From an uncultured Veillonella sp. (GTDB taxonomy: Bacteria > Bacillota > Negativicutes > Veillonellales > Veillonellaceae): a stretch of 64,000 bases of DNA. The notes beneath the pieces are model-generated. The model did no database searches and had not been told where the DNA came from. It saw only the letters and a list, made by a program, of their open reading frames with translations. Below, piece by piece: positions 11,324 to 21,290 of the stretch; the first letter of the stretch is position 1; each line of letters opens with the position of its first letter. The DNA lies in contig CAURQH010000008.1 of assembly GCA_963526885.1 (NCBI GenBank), positions 21,468 to 85,467 of the forward strand, written 5' to 3'. The position numbers and the translations under genes are program-made.

Positions 11324-12646
11324 ATGGAACAAGTTAGTCAAGAGATAAAAAGTCGTTTTTTACGCTTGCAAATGAATTCTCTGATTGGTGTATGGATTGG
11401 ATATGCAGCTTACTACTTAGTGCGCAGTAACTTTAATTTAGCATTGCCTTATTTATCTGGTGAACTAGATTTAAGTAAAACGCAATTAGGCTTATTATCT
11501 AGCTGCTTATTGATTACATACGGACTTAGCAAAGGGTTTATGTCAGTGTTGGCAGATAAAGCAAATCCGAAGTATTTTATGGCTATCGGTTTGACTTTAT
11601 GCGTCATCTTAAATGTATTGATGGGATTCACAACACATTATTCCTTATTCATCGGACTCGTTATTTTATTAGGTTTATTCCAAGGAATGGGCGTAGGACC
11701 GTCAATTATTACAGTAGGGTATTGGTTCCCTAGATCACAACGTGGTCGTGCTAGTACAATTTGGAATATGTCCCACAACTTAGGTGGTGGCATTGTAGCA
11801 CCTATCGTGGGTGTAGCAATTGGCTATTTAGGAACAGAGCATTGGCGCCTCGGTACATTTGCAGTACCAGCAATATTAGCTGCCATTTGCGTGCTATTAG
11901 TCTTGTATTTTGTTCGTAAACGTCCAACTGAAGAAGGATTGCCAACGGTAGAGGAAGTATTCCAAGAGGAAGCAGCAGGACAAAAATCTGCTAAAATGGC
12001 AGCAGGTAAACCAGAGAACATGAACGCATTCCAAGTGTTCTACAACTTTGTATTTAAAAATCCAAACTCTTGGTATTTGGTATTAATCGACGTATTCGTA
12101 TACATGGTACGCTTTGGCATGATTACTTGGATTCCTTTATACTTACTGAAAGTAAAAGGTTTTACGAAAACAGAGATGAGTGTAGCGTACATGTTGTTTG
12201 AATGGGCTGCTATTCCATCTACTATCTTGGCAGGCTATTTGGTAGATAAATACTTTAAAGGACGCATCATGCAATTACCAATCTATTGCTTAGTGGTCAT
12301 CTTTGCTTGCGTTATTGGATATATGAACTCAGATAGTATTTTATGGGCTACTGTATTTGCTTGTATTACTGGATGCTTGATTTACATTCCACAATCTATG
12401 ATTCCAGTACAAGCCATGGAAGTCATTCCAACATTTGCCTTAGGATCTGCCGTAGGCTTGCGTGGATTCATGAGTTACTTAGTGGGTAGTTCCTTAGGAA
12501 CAACACTCTTTGGTTTTGTTGTAGACCATTGGGGCTGGGACATGGGCTTCTACACATTATTAGTGGGCGTAGTTCTTTGTATGTTCTCTTGTTACTTATC
12601 TAACAGAGGGGTACAAAAAATCTATGCGGCTGCTGATAAAGCCTAG
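11324..12646 (+). CDS. MFS organophosphate:Pi antiporter (GlpT/PgtP/UhpT family)
   Basis: GYAAYYLVRSNF, WFPRSQRG, WNMSHNLGG, VYMVRFG motifs. Confidence 0.88.
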   Translation: MEQVSQEIKSRFLRLQMNSLIGVWIGYAAYYLVRSNFNLALPYLSGELDLSKTQLGLLSSCLLITYGLSKGFMSVLADKANPKYFMAIGLTLCVILNVLMGFTTHYSLFIGLVILLGLFQGMGVGPSIITVGYWFPRSQRGRASTIWNMSHNLGGGIVAPIVGVAIGYLGTEHWRLGTFAVPAILAAICVLLVLYFVRKRPTEEGLPTVEEVFQEEAAGQKSAKMAAGKPENMNAFQVFYNFVFKNPNSWYLVLIDVFVYMVRFGMITWIPLYLLKVKGFTKTEMSVAYMLFEWAAIPSTILAGYLVDKYFKGRIMQLPIYCLVVIFACVIGYMNSDSILWATVFACITGCLIYIPQSMIPVQAMEVIPTFALGSAVGLRGFMSYLVGSSLGTTLFGFVVDHWGWDMGFYTLLVGVVLCMFSCYLSNRGVQKIYAAADKA

Positions 12647-12865
12647 ACAGATGAGACAATACTGATAAAAGAATAGGCACTAGTAGAATATGCTAGTGAA
12701 AGTTACAAAGGAAAGCCTCAGTAGGAGGCTTTCCTTTGTTGTATTTATAATAGTGGATTGATAATTTGAGTATGCACAATATGAAAGCACATAGACTTAT
12801 GTTATAGATGATACCAGTATAAAATGATGTTCTATAACATACAGTATTATAAGAATGGATAAAAT

Positions 12866-13030
12866 TTGTCATGAGCTCCATGAAAATGGTAAAATAAATA
12901 AAAAAATTACATTTGAATCCATAAAATGAATAAATGGATGTAAAAAAATGTTATAGAACCCATAAAATAATAAAATAAAGATTATAATATGTTGCAGAAT
13001 CCATAAAACCATAAAAATCCATAATATAAG
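12866..13030 (+). repeat. Degenerate tandem repeat, 41-bp period, four units
   Basis: CCAT of core GAAYCCATAAAA at 12878 (degenerate), 12919, 12960 and 13001. Confidence 0.65.
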
Positions 13031-13041
13031 GAGGGAACAGG

Positions 13042-14259
13042 ATGAAATTAATTGAGCGCAAGCAGTATTTAGAGTTCTTACGCAATCATCGGTACACAGA
13101 TGCCATTGTTGTAGTATCTGGTATTCGCCGTTGTGGCAAGTCTACGCTCTTTCAGTTGTATAAGGAAGAGTTGTTAGCCCAAGGTGTTCAGCCAGAGCAG
13201 ATTGTAAGTATTAATTTTGAAGATTTAGAATATGAGTATTTGCAAGAGTATCGGACACTGTATGAATACATTCTAGAACGGCTTATACCGAATCAAGAGA
13301 TGTATATATTTCTTGATGAAATACAACATGTACCTAATTTTGAAAAAGTGGTGGACAGTTTGTACATCAAAGATAAGGTGAAGGTATACATCACTGGATC
13401 TAATGCGTATTTTATGTCTTCTGAAATGGCTACCTTATTGTCGGGGCGCTATGTACAGATAGATATGTTGCCACTTTCATTCAAAGAATTTTGTGAAGCT
13501 CATCGTGAGGATGACCGTCAGTCATTGGAAGAACTATATCAATGTTACATACAATATAGTTCCTTTCCGGGCACCTTGCGTTTAGGCGACAATCTGCCGA
13601 TGATCTTAGACTATTTACAAGGTATATTTAATACCATTGTGTTGAAAGACATCATTACTCGCAGTAAAATTGGAGACCCTCAATTATTGGAAAGTGTGGC
13701 TAGATATTTATTTGCCAATATTGGGAGTCTTATCAATCCTACAAAGATTAAGAACTCTCTAATCAGTGCAGGACGTAAAGTGGATGGTAGAACCATTGAA
13801 CGCTATTTGAGTGGTCTAAAAGATGCATTGCTCATGTACCAAGTGAATCGCTATGATGTCCGAGGAAAAGAAGTATTACAACTAAACGCTAAGTACTATG
13901 CAGCTGATGTAGCGTTAAAACAGTTTTTGTTACCAAATAGTGGCGAAGATACAGGCCATATCTTAGAAAACATCGTGTTTTTAGAATTGATCCGTCGAGG
14001 ATACAAGGTGTATGTAGGTCATCTACAAAAAGGTGAAATCGACTTTATCGCACAAAAGCACGGTACCATAGAGTATTACCAAGTAAGTCAAAGTGTATTA
14101 GATTCTCATACGTTAGAACGAGAACTTAAACCGTTAGAACAAATACAAGATCATTATCCTAAGTTCTTATTAACCTTTGATGTGATTAATAAGAATGCGA
14201 GCTATAATGGGATTCAACAGAGAAATGTATTAGAATGGTTATTAGACATACCATCGTAA
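13042..14259 (+). CDS. AAA_14/DUF4143 ATPase (COG1373-type)
   Basis: Walker A GIRRCGKS, Walker B IFLDEIQ, ITGS, LSGR; C-terminal EIDF...YYQV nuclease-like motif. Confidence 0.9.
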   Translation: MKLIERKQYLEFLRNHRYTDAIVVVSGIRRCGKSTLFQLYKEELLAQGVQPEQIVSINFEDLEYEYLQEYRTLYEYILERLIPNQEMYIFLDEIQHVPNFEKVVDSLYIKDKVKVYITGSNAYFMSSEMATLLSGRYVQIDMLPLSFKEFCEAHREDDRQSLEELYQCYIQYSSFPGTLRLGDNLPMILDYLQGIFNTIVLKDIITRSKIGDPQLLESVARYLFANIGSLINPTKIKNSLISAGRKVDGRTIERYLSGLKDALLMYQVNRYDVRGKEVLQLNAKYYAADVALKQFLLPNSGEDTGHILENIVFLELIRRGYKVYVGHLQKGEIDFIAQKHGTIEYYQVSQSVLDSHTLERELKPLEQIQDHYPKFLLTFDVINKNASYNGIQQRNVLEWLLDIPS

Positions 14260-14431
14260 GATGACAAGGTGAGTTAATCGTATAGGGCGGGACCAATGTA
14301 CACCATCCTAGTGTGTATCATAATCACATGCTAGGAGATACATACTATAATTAACAGTCGAAAAATCTCCCACAATATGGTATGCTAATTTATATATACT
14401 ATTACTATGTCAACAATAAAGGTGGATGCAT

Positions 14432-15805
14432 ATGAATGAATTAGTAGGTTTGATTCTAGCGGCCGGTAAAGGGACACGCATGAAATCTAAACTTCCAAAG
14501 GTATTGCATAAAGTAGCTGGTAAAGCTATGGTGGAACGTGTATTAGAAGCGGCTCAATCTGTAGGGGCAGAGCGTAATGTGGTCATCGTTGGTTTTGGTG
14601 GGGATCATGTGAAAGCTTACTTAGGGGACCGTGCAGAATACGTGACACAATTAGAACAAAAAGGGACTGGTCATGCGGTACAACAAGCAGAATCTGTATT
14701 GGGTAACCATGAAGGACTTATCTTGTTGTTGTGTGGTGATACACCATTGGTAACACAACAAACATTGGAACAATTGTTGGCGCACCACAAAGAAACAGGG
14801 GCAGCAGCTACAGTGTTAACGGCTTACATGGATAATCCATATGGGTATGGTCGAATCATTCGCAATGAAACTAAATCCGTAGAACGCATTGTAGAAGAAA
14901 AAGATGGCACATTGGATGAATTAAAAGTGCACGAAGTGAACACTGGGATGTACATTTTTGATTCCAAAGAATTATGGCCTTGTTTAGAACAACTTTCAGA
15001 TGACAATGCACAAGGTGAGTTATACATTACAGACGTGGTGAGCATCCTTGTACAAGCGGGCAAAACGGTGAGCGCATACATGACTATGGACAGCGATGAA
15101 TCCCTAGGGGTTAATAGCCGTTTACAATTGGCACAAGCAGAATTGATTTTGCGAAATCGCACAAATCTAGCATTAATGGAAGCCGGTGTTACATTGGTGG
15201 ATCCACATAGCACATACATTGCTCCAGAAGTGGTGGTGGGACCAGATACAATCATCTATCCCAATACGACATTAGAAGGTAACACAGTAGTAGGTACGAA
15301 TAATATGTTGGGACCTAACACACGGTTGTCCAATGTAATAGTAGGCGATAATAACCATATCCATGATTCATACGCACATGATTGTGAAATCAAGAATGAT
15401 ACGGTGATAGGACCATTCGTTCATTTGCGCCCAGATACAGTCTTATCTGATAAAGTAAAAATCGGCAACTTTGTAGAAGTGAAAAATAGCGTGGTTGGAG
15501 CAGGTACGAAACTTCCTCACTTGTCCTATATTGGCGACAGTGATGTAGGATCCAAGGTGAATATTGGTTGTGGTACTATCACAGTGAACTATGATGGTAA
15601 AAAGAAACATCGTACAACCATTGAAGATGGCGTATTTGTGGGCTGTAATTCCAATTTAGTAGCACCTGTTACAATTGGTAGTGAAAGTTATGTAGCAGCC
15701 GGCTCTACCATAACGAAGGATGTGCCAAGCCGTGCGTTAGCATTTGGACGGGCTCGCCAAGTGGTAAAAGAAAACTGGGTAACTGAGGATACTTTCAAAA
15801 AATAA
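14432..15805 (+). CDS. glmU: Bifunctional UDP-GlcNAc pyrophosphorylase / GlcN-1-P acetyltransferase
   Basis: LAAGKGTRMKS, hexapeptide repeats, HLSYIGD, NYDG; start could also be 14426. Confidence 0.97.
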   Translation: MNELVGLILAAGKGTRMKSKLPKVLHKVAGKAMVERVLEAAQSVGAERNVVIVGFGGDHVKAYLGDRAEYVTQLEQKGTGHAVQQAESVLGNHEGLILLLCGDTPLVTQQTLEQLLAHHKETGAAATVLTAYMDNPYGYGRIIRNETKSVERIVEEKDGTLDELKVHEVNTGMYIFDSKELWPCLEQLSDDNAQGELYITDVVSILVQAGKTVSAYMTMDSDESLGVNSRLQLAQAELILRNRTNLALMEAGVTLVDPHSTYIAPEVVVGPDTIIYPNTTLEGNTVVGTNNMLGPNTRLSNVIVGDNNHIHDSYAHDCEIKNDTVIGPFVHLRPDTVLSDKVKIGNFVEVKNSVVGAGTKLPHLSYIGDSDVGSKVNIGCGTITVNYDGKKKHRTTIEDGVFVGCNSNLVAPVTIGSESYVAAGSTITKDVPSRALAFGRARQVVKENWVTEDTFKK

Positions 15806-15920
15806 AAATGGATTGAAATTTCCATAAAATTGTTTACACAAAATTGAGAAAATGAAGTACAATATAGATAGAGCCTTTGTGCATCAAATTGTAAGTCAAT
15901 TGTTTTAGAGGAGTAATGAC

Positions 15921-16874
15921 ATGGCATTAGAAGATGGTAAACGACTCAAAGTTTTTACAGGTAATGCAAATCCAGCATTAGCCAAAGAAATTTGTGATTA
16001 TTTGGACCTTCCATTAGGTGAAGCGTTTGTAGGACGTTTTAACAATGGGGAAGTACAAGTTATGATTGATGAAAGTGTACGTGGTAAAGACGTATTTATC
16101 GTGCAACCAACTAGCTATCCAGTGAATGATAATGTAGTTGAATTGTTCATCATGGCAGATGCATTAAAACGTGCATCCGCTCGTCATATCACAGCCGTTG
16201 TACCATATTATGGGTATGCTCGCCAAGATAGAAAAACTCGTGGTAGAGAACCAATTACAGCAAAATTAATGGCAGATTTATTACAAACTGCTGGTGTGAC
16301 TCGCCTTGTAACGGTAGACCTTCATGCAGGTCAAATTCAAGGTTTCTTTGATGTGCCAGTAGACCATTTAATGGGTGCTTCCATTATTGCAAATTATATC
16401 AATGAAAAGAAAATGGAAGATGTCATCGTTGTCTCTCCAGACCTTGGTGGCGTAACACGTGCTCGTGATTTAGCGGACCGTATTGGCGCACCAATTGCTA
16501 TTATCGAGAAAAAACGTCCACAACCAGGCGTAGCAAAAGTGATGAACTTGATCGGTGATGTAAAAGGTAAAAATTGTATCATCATTGACGATATCGTAGA
16601 TACTGCAGGATCTCTTGTAGAAGGGGCGAAAGCATTGCAAGAATTTGGTGCAAAATCTGTAACTGCTTGTGTAACACATGCCGTGTTAACAGATCCAGCT
16701 TGTGAACGCATTGCAAACTCCAATATTAAAGAGTTGATTGTCACAAATACAATCGATATTCCTGAAGAACGTCGCTTACCAAATATTACAGTATTGTCCG
16801 TGGCTCCATTATTAGGAGAAGCGATTTTACGTATTTTTCAAGAAGAGTCTGTAAGCTCTTTGTTCGATAAATAA
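15921..16874 (+). CDS. prs: Ribose-phosphate pyrophosphokinase
   Basis: YGYARQDRK, DLHAGQIQGFF, IIDDIVDTAGS. Confidence 0.97.
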   Translation: MALEDGKRLKVFTGNANPALAKEICDYLDLPLGEAFVGRFNNGEVQVMIDESVRGKDVFIVQPTSYPVNDNVVELFIMADALKRASARHITAVVPYYGYARQDRKTRGREPITAKLMADLLQTAGVTRLVTVDLHAGQIQGFFDVPVDHLMGASIIANYINEKKMEDVIVVSPDLGGVTRARDLADRIGAPIAIIEKKRPQPGVAKVMNLIGDVKGKNCIIIDDIVDTAGSLVEGAKALQEFGAKSVTACVTHAVLTDPACERIANSNIKELIVTNTIDIPEERRLPNITVLSVAPLLGEAILRIFQEESVSSLFDK

Positions 16875-16875
16875 G

Positions 16876-17454
16876 ATGAAATTAATCGTTGGACTTGGAA
16901 ATCCAGGTAGGGACTATGAGGGAACTCGTCATAATATCGGATTTATGGTAGTAGATGCCATAGCCGATGGGGTAAGTCATACACCGTGGAGAGAAGATTA
17001 TAAAGCAGAAATTTGCTCCTGTACTATAGAGGGCGAAAAAGTGTTATTGGTGAAGCCACAAACATTTATGAACCTTAGTGGTGAATCAGTGGGACCATTG
17101 ATGCGATATTATAAGCTCACACCTGAAGATGTGTATGTCATATATGATGACATGGATTTGCCTGTAGGTAAATTACGGATTCGACCAAATGGCAGTGCAG
17201 GTGGTCATAATGGCATTAAGTCGATGATTAGTCATTTAGGAACGGATGGATTTCCACATTTTCGCTTTGGCATTGGTAGGCCTTTGCCAGAGTGGACAGT
17301 GGTAGACCATGTATTATCACGATTCCCTGAAGACCAACAAGATACAGTACAAAAGGGGATTAAAGCTATGGTAAAAGCAGTCCTTGGCTGTGTAGAAGTA
17401 GGTATTGATAAAGGAATGAACTTATACAATCCTAAAAAAGGTCGTCCTCGTTAA
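16876..17454 (+). CDS. pth: Peptidyl-tRNA hydrolase
   Basis: GLGNPG, TRHNIGF, KPQTFMNLSG, GGHNGIKS. Confidence 0.97.
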   Translation: MKLIVGLGNPGRDYEGTRHNIGFMVVDAIADGVSHTPWREDYKAEICSCTIEGEKVLLVKPQTFMNLSGESVGPLMRYYKLTPEDVYVIYDDMDLPVGKLRIRPNGSAGGHNGIKSMISHLGTDGFPHFRFGIGRPLPEWTVVDHVLSRFPEDQQDTVQKGIKAMVKAVLGCVEVGIDKGMNLYNPKKGRPR

Positions 17455-17461
17455 GGATAGT

Positions 17462-17500
17462 AAAAAACCAAAATAGAGCACCTGTTCTATTTTGGTTTTT
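17462..17500 (+). terminator. Intrinsic terminator after pth
   Basis: AAAAACCAAAATAGA...TCTATTTTGGTTTTT. Confidence 0.8.
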
Positions 17501-17710
17501 ATTATGCATATATCGTGTATATCAGGGTGGTTTTGATCAATTAGTGAATTACTTTTGGATTGTTATGCGAATTCAATCAAATAAATTCACTATATATGTC
17601 TTTTCATCTTGAAATTATGAAAATAAAAGTATATACTAGGTTTAGAGCAGTATAATTAGTATTTAATGTGAATCGTCTTTATTTTTACTTATTGTGAGGG
17701 AGGCATTATC

Positions 17711-17899
17711 ATGAAAGGTAATAATTGGGGCGGCAAGCGGGCTGGTGCAGGTCGCAAAAAATCCTTATTTGAACGTAAAGGACGTACTTTCCGTTTGACT
17801 GATGCTGAATTCTTAGAAGTCAAACCATTAGTGGATGCAGTACGGCGTCGTACTGAGGAAGCTATGTTAGCTACATTAGCAACTAAAAATAAAAAATAG
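17711..17899 (+). CDS. Small basic protein with GGxRxGAGRK motif (putative DNA-binding)
   Basis: GGGAGG RBS; own promoter TTGAAA-17-TATACT (17609-17637); terminator 17963-17993. Confidence 0.75.
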   Translation: MKGNNWGGKRAGAGRKKSLFERKGRTFRLTDAEFLEVKPLVDAVRRRTEEAMLATLATKNKK

Positions 17900-18011
17900 T
17901 TGTACGTTCTTAATACTACTGAGTTTAATTAGCTAAGCGCTTTTGATTACAAGTTAGTATGGAAAATCGACTCCTTTTGGGGTCGATTTTTTTAAATTCT
18001 ATAGAACTTGC

Positions 18012-18040
18012 TTGACAATATCGAAATTTATCGTTATAAT
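18012..18040 (+). promoter_or_regulatory. Consensus sigma-A promoter
   Basis: TTGACA-17 bp-TATAAT. Confidence 0.85.
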
Positions 18041-18049
18041 ACTATCTAA

Positions 18050-18154
18050 CATAGCAATATAGTCTGATGCTAGGATAAGTATGGTATACGAATGGATGCT
18101 TACAGTATACACTCTTATGACGGTTTATGAGCTATGGTGGTTCAACCCGACCAC
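18050..18154 (+). ncRNA. Candidate structured 5' leader RNA
   Basis: Nested pairings CATAGC/GCTATG, GTC/GAC, ATAAG/CTTAT, GTATAC/GTATAC, then hairpin GTGGT...ACCAC. Confidence 0.4.
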
Positions 18155-18212
18155 AGAAGGATCCAATTTTGGAAATGAATTCAAATAATTACTACACAAA
18201 TGGAGGTTAGCA

Positions 18213-18410
18213 ATGAGCTTAATTAAAAGTTTATCCAACCGCTTGTCTGTGCTAGGATATAGTGGTTACGAAATTACACAAATTATCAATAGTGCAACGG
18301 GCGGTCAAGACATTAATGCGTTGACTGGTCAAGATTTACACCATGTGGCAAACACAATGGAACACTATGTAAAAGCAGGTGCCCAATACGTTGCGGAATA
18401 TAGTAAATAA
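18213..18410 (+). CDS. Small hypothetical protein
   Basis: GGAGG RBS, 65 aa, terminator 18415-18460. Confidence 0.75.
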   Translation: MSLIKSLSNRLSVLGYSGYEITQIINSATGGQDINALTGQDLHHVANTMEHYVKAGAQYVAEYSK

Positions 18411-18660
18411 TCAGAAACTGTTACAGTTTGTAAGAAATTACAAATTGTAGCAGTTTTTTTATGATTTTGAACTATGATGCAGTATGCCAATGAAAGGTAG
18501 AAGGTATATTTACAACGATACACAGTATGAACAGAATATAGGGATATATATTAGTCGTGATAGAATGGCTTGAATGGATGTACAGAGTAGGGTAGAATAC
18601 TAGATAGAGTATTTATAACTATGAGCTTAATGATATTGTGAAAGAATCAATAATAAATAT

Positions 18661-20286
18661 ATGAAACAAAATATAAATCAACACAGACTTCCTTTTGTGG
18701 AGTCTTTAGAACGATATAAAGAACAACATATGGTGCCCTTTCATACGCCGGGTCATAAAATTGGTGTGGGAGCGCCTACATTGCTCACAGAGTGGATGGG
18801 TTCTGCCTTACCTTATGATTTGGGACTGATGTATGCCATTGATGATTATCATGAACCAGAGCGTGAATTGTTGGAAGCACAGCGGTTAGCTGCAGATGCC
18901 TTTGGAGCAGAATATACATGGTTTTCTATTAACGGTACATCTGGAGCCATTCAAATGATGATTATGAGCGTTGTAAAAGAGGGAGAATCAATCATTATCC
19001 CTAGAGAGGCTCATTGTTCTGTTCATAATAGCTTGGTATTGTGTGGAGCTAAACCAATTTATATGAAAGGGCGTTTTCATCAACGTTGGGGTATCCCTGT
19101 AGGTGTGACTACCGAAGAGGCTATTGCTACGATGGATGCTCATCCAGAGGCAAAGGCCATCTTACTGGTTCATCCTAATTATTATGGAATCGGTGTGGAT
19201 GTAAAACGAATTGTAGAAGCCGCACACAAACGACACATGATTGTGTTAGTAGATGAAGCGCATGGACCACATCTTATGACATCATTAGGCATGCCAGTGC
19301 CTGCTTTAGAAAGTGGTGCAGACTTAGTTGCTCAAAGTACGCATAAATTATTAGGCTCGTTGACACAGACCTCGATGTTACATGGGCAAGGGCCTCATAT
19401 TGATGTAGACCGCATTCAACGATTGCAACAAATTTTGATGAGCACTAGTCCGAATTATATTTTCTTAGCATCTTTGGACATGGCGCGTCATCAATGGGCT
19501 ACAGAGGGGCAGTCCCTTATGAAGCAAACCTTGGAATTAGCACGTACATTGAGACGAGCTCTGAATGAGACTCCTGGCATTGCTTGTCCTGGGCTTGAGG
19601 ATATAGAAGGGGCTTTCAGTTTTGATGAAACTAAGATTATCATTGATGCGAAGGGGCTTGGGATCACTGCACAGGAGCTAGAACGAGAGTTGCGAATACG
19701 CCATATCGAAGTGGAACTGATGAAAGCTTACCATGTCTTGCTGTTGATTACCATAGGTGATACAGAAGCATCTATACAACAGGTGATAGATGCTGTACAA
19801 GATATTTCGGATATGTACAGACATAAGTTGCAAGTTACCACAGAGAATGGTAGAGGGTATGAGCAACATCACAATACAATTTTATTTAACAAAATCAATG
19901 CTGCGGCTTCTAATGCAATGAATAGTACAAAGAATCGTATCATAGATGGCGTAGATGATGCCTGTGCTACAGATTATAATGATGTAGATACAAGTGCAAT
20001 GGAAACATTACCGACACCAGTAGTGGCACTTTCACCGCGGCAAGCATTTTATACAGAGATGGAAGAAATCCCTGTAGAACAAGCCTTAGGACGAATTAGT
20101 GGAGAAACGATTACCTATTACCCACCAGGAATCCCTTGTTTAGGTGTAGGTGAGGTCATAACGGAAGAAGTATTGGCATATGTGAAACAAAAACAGCACG
20201 ATGGATATGTGCCAAATGGTGCTAGGGATCGTCGGTTACAGACAATCCTTGTGTGTAAAGATGTTGAGACAAAGATGCAAAGATAA
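18661..20286 (+). CDS. Orn/Lys/Arg decarboxylase (YaaO/SpeA-like, PLP)
   Basis: FHTPGHK, NGTSG, DEAHG, QSTHKLL, YPPGIP; yaaO-tmk synteny. Confidence 0.92.
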   Translation: MKQNINQHRLPFVESLERYKEQHMVPFHTPGHKIGVGAPTLLTEWMGSALPYDLGLMYAIDDYHEPERELLEAQRLAADAFGAEYTWFSINGTSGAIQMMIMSVVKEGESIIIPREAHCSVHNSLVLCGAKPIYMKGRFHQRWGIPVGVTTEEAIATMDAHPEAKAILLVHPNYYGIGVDVKRIVEAAHKRHMIVLVDEAHGPHLMTSLGMPVPALESGADLVAQSTHKLLGSLTQTSMLHGQGPHIDVDRIQRLQQILMSTSPNYIFLASLDMARHQWATEGQSLMKQTLELARTLRRALNETPGIACPGLEDIEGAFSFDETKIIIDAKGLGITAQELERELRIRHIEVELMKAYHVLLLITIGDTEASIQQVIDAVQDISDMYRHKLQVTTENGRGYEQHHNTILFNKINAAASNAMNSTKNRIIDGVDDACATDYNDVDTSAMETLPTPVVALSPRQAFYTEMEEIPVEQALGRISGETITYYPPGIPCLGVGEVITEEVLAYVKQKQHDGYVPNGARDRRLQTILVCKDVETKMQR

Positions 20287-20332
20287 ACATGTAGAGTCGA
20301 CGAAAGATGTATGATGTCATAAGGAGATACAT

Positions 20333-21013
20333 ATGGGACAATTAATTATTATTGAGGGTGGCGACGGCAGTGGTAAGGCCACGCAGACGGCTAAGTTGTT
20401 GGAACGACTACAAGCAGAAGGATATCCCGTGCGGTCTGTAAGTTTTCCTAATTACGATAGTCCAGCAGCGGAACCCATCAAAATGTACTTACGTGGTGAC
20501 TTTGGGAAAGAAGCGAACTCTGTGAATGCCTATGTGGCTAGCACACTCTATGCGATAGACCGATTTGCATCGTATCGCCAAGATTGGCAAACTTTTTATG
20601 AAGAAGGTGGCATTATCATTGCCGATCGGTATACCACATCTAATATGGTGCATCAAATGATAAAATACACCGATACGAAAGAGCGTCAATCATTTTTACA
20701 GTGGCTTGACCAGTTGGAATACGATTTATATGGCTTGCCAAGACCAGATGCAGTGATCCTATTAGACATGCCTCTGTCTTTGTCCAAGGCTTTGTTAGCA
20801 GAACGCACAGGCAAGACAGGTGGCAATACGGGAGATATTCATGAACAAGATGCCTCTCACTTAACGGCAGTTCATGAGGCTTATGATATGTTGGTGAATA
20901 CCTATGATTGGCACCGTGTGCACTGCGAGAATGAAAGCAATCAGTTGCGTACTATTGATGACATTCATGAGGAAGTCTATGGTATTGTAAAACAATATAT
21001 ATGTAAAGACTAG
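20333..21013 (+). CDS. tmk: Thymidylate kinase
   Basis: IEGGDGSGKAT P-loop, FP, ADRY motifs. Confidence 0.93.
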   Translation: MGQLIIIEGGDGSGKATQTAKLLERLQAEGYPVRSVSFPNYDSPAAEPIKMYLRGDFGKEANSVNAYVASTLYAIDRFASYRQDWQTFYEEGGIIIADRYTTSNMVHQMIKYTDTKERQSFLQWLDQLEYDLYGLPRPDAVILLDMPLSLSKALLAERTGKTGGNTGDIHEQDASHLTAVHEAYDMLVNTYDWHRVHCENESNQLRTIDDIHEEVYGIVKQYICKD

Positions 21014-21115
21014 TCCCTAGCTAATAAAATGTGTCGTACCTATTCACTAGTGTGAATAGTATAGTATCATGGATAGTCTGTTATGGTACGATACACGTTA
21101 AAAAAGGATATGATA

Positions 21116-21171
21116 GAAACACCACATGGAATGCAAATATTTTGCCGAAACCATGTGGTGTTTCTTCTTTT
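21116..21171 (+). terminator. Terminator after tmk
   Basis: GAAACACCACATGG...CCATGTGGTGTTTC then TTCTTTT. Confidence 0.7.
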
Positions 21172-21198
21172 ATTCGTGTATTTATTGCCATAACATGC

Positions 21199-21209
21199 TA
21201 TAATAAAGG
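21199..21209 (+). repeat. Putative attL core
   Basis: TATAATAAAGG identical to 62745-62755; arm-like TCGTCATATAA-ACGTCAAAAAA at 21261-21282. Confidence 0.7.
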
Positions 21210-21224
21210 AAAATCTCATATAAT

Positions 21225-21258
21225 AAAAGAAACCGCATTCTTATGCGGTTCTTTTTTT
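21225..21258. terminator. Bidirectional terminator downstream of the integrase
   Basis: AAAAGAAACCGCAT-TCTT-ATGCGGTTCTTTTTTT. Confidence 0.8.
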
Positions 21259-21290
21259 ATTCGTCATATAAACGTCAAAAAATAATAAAA

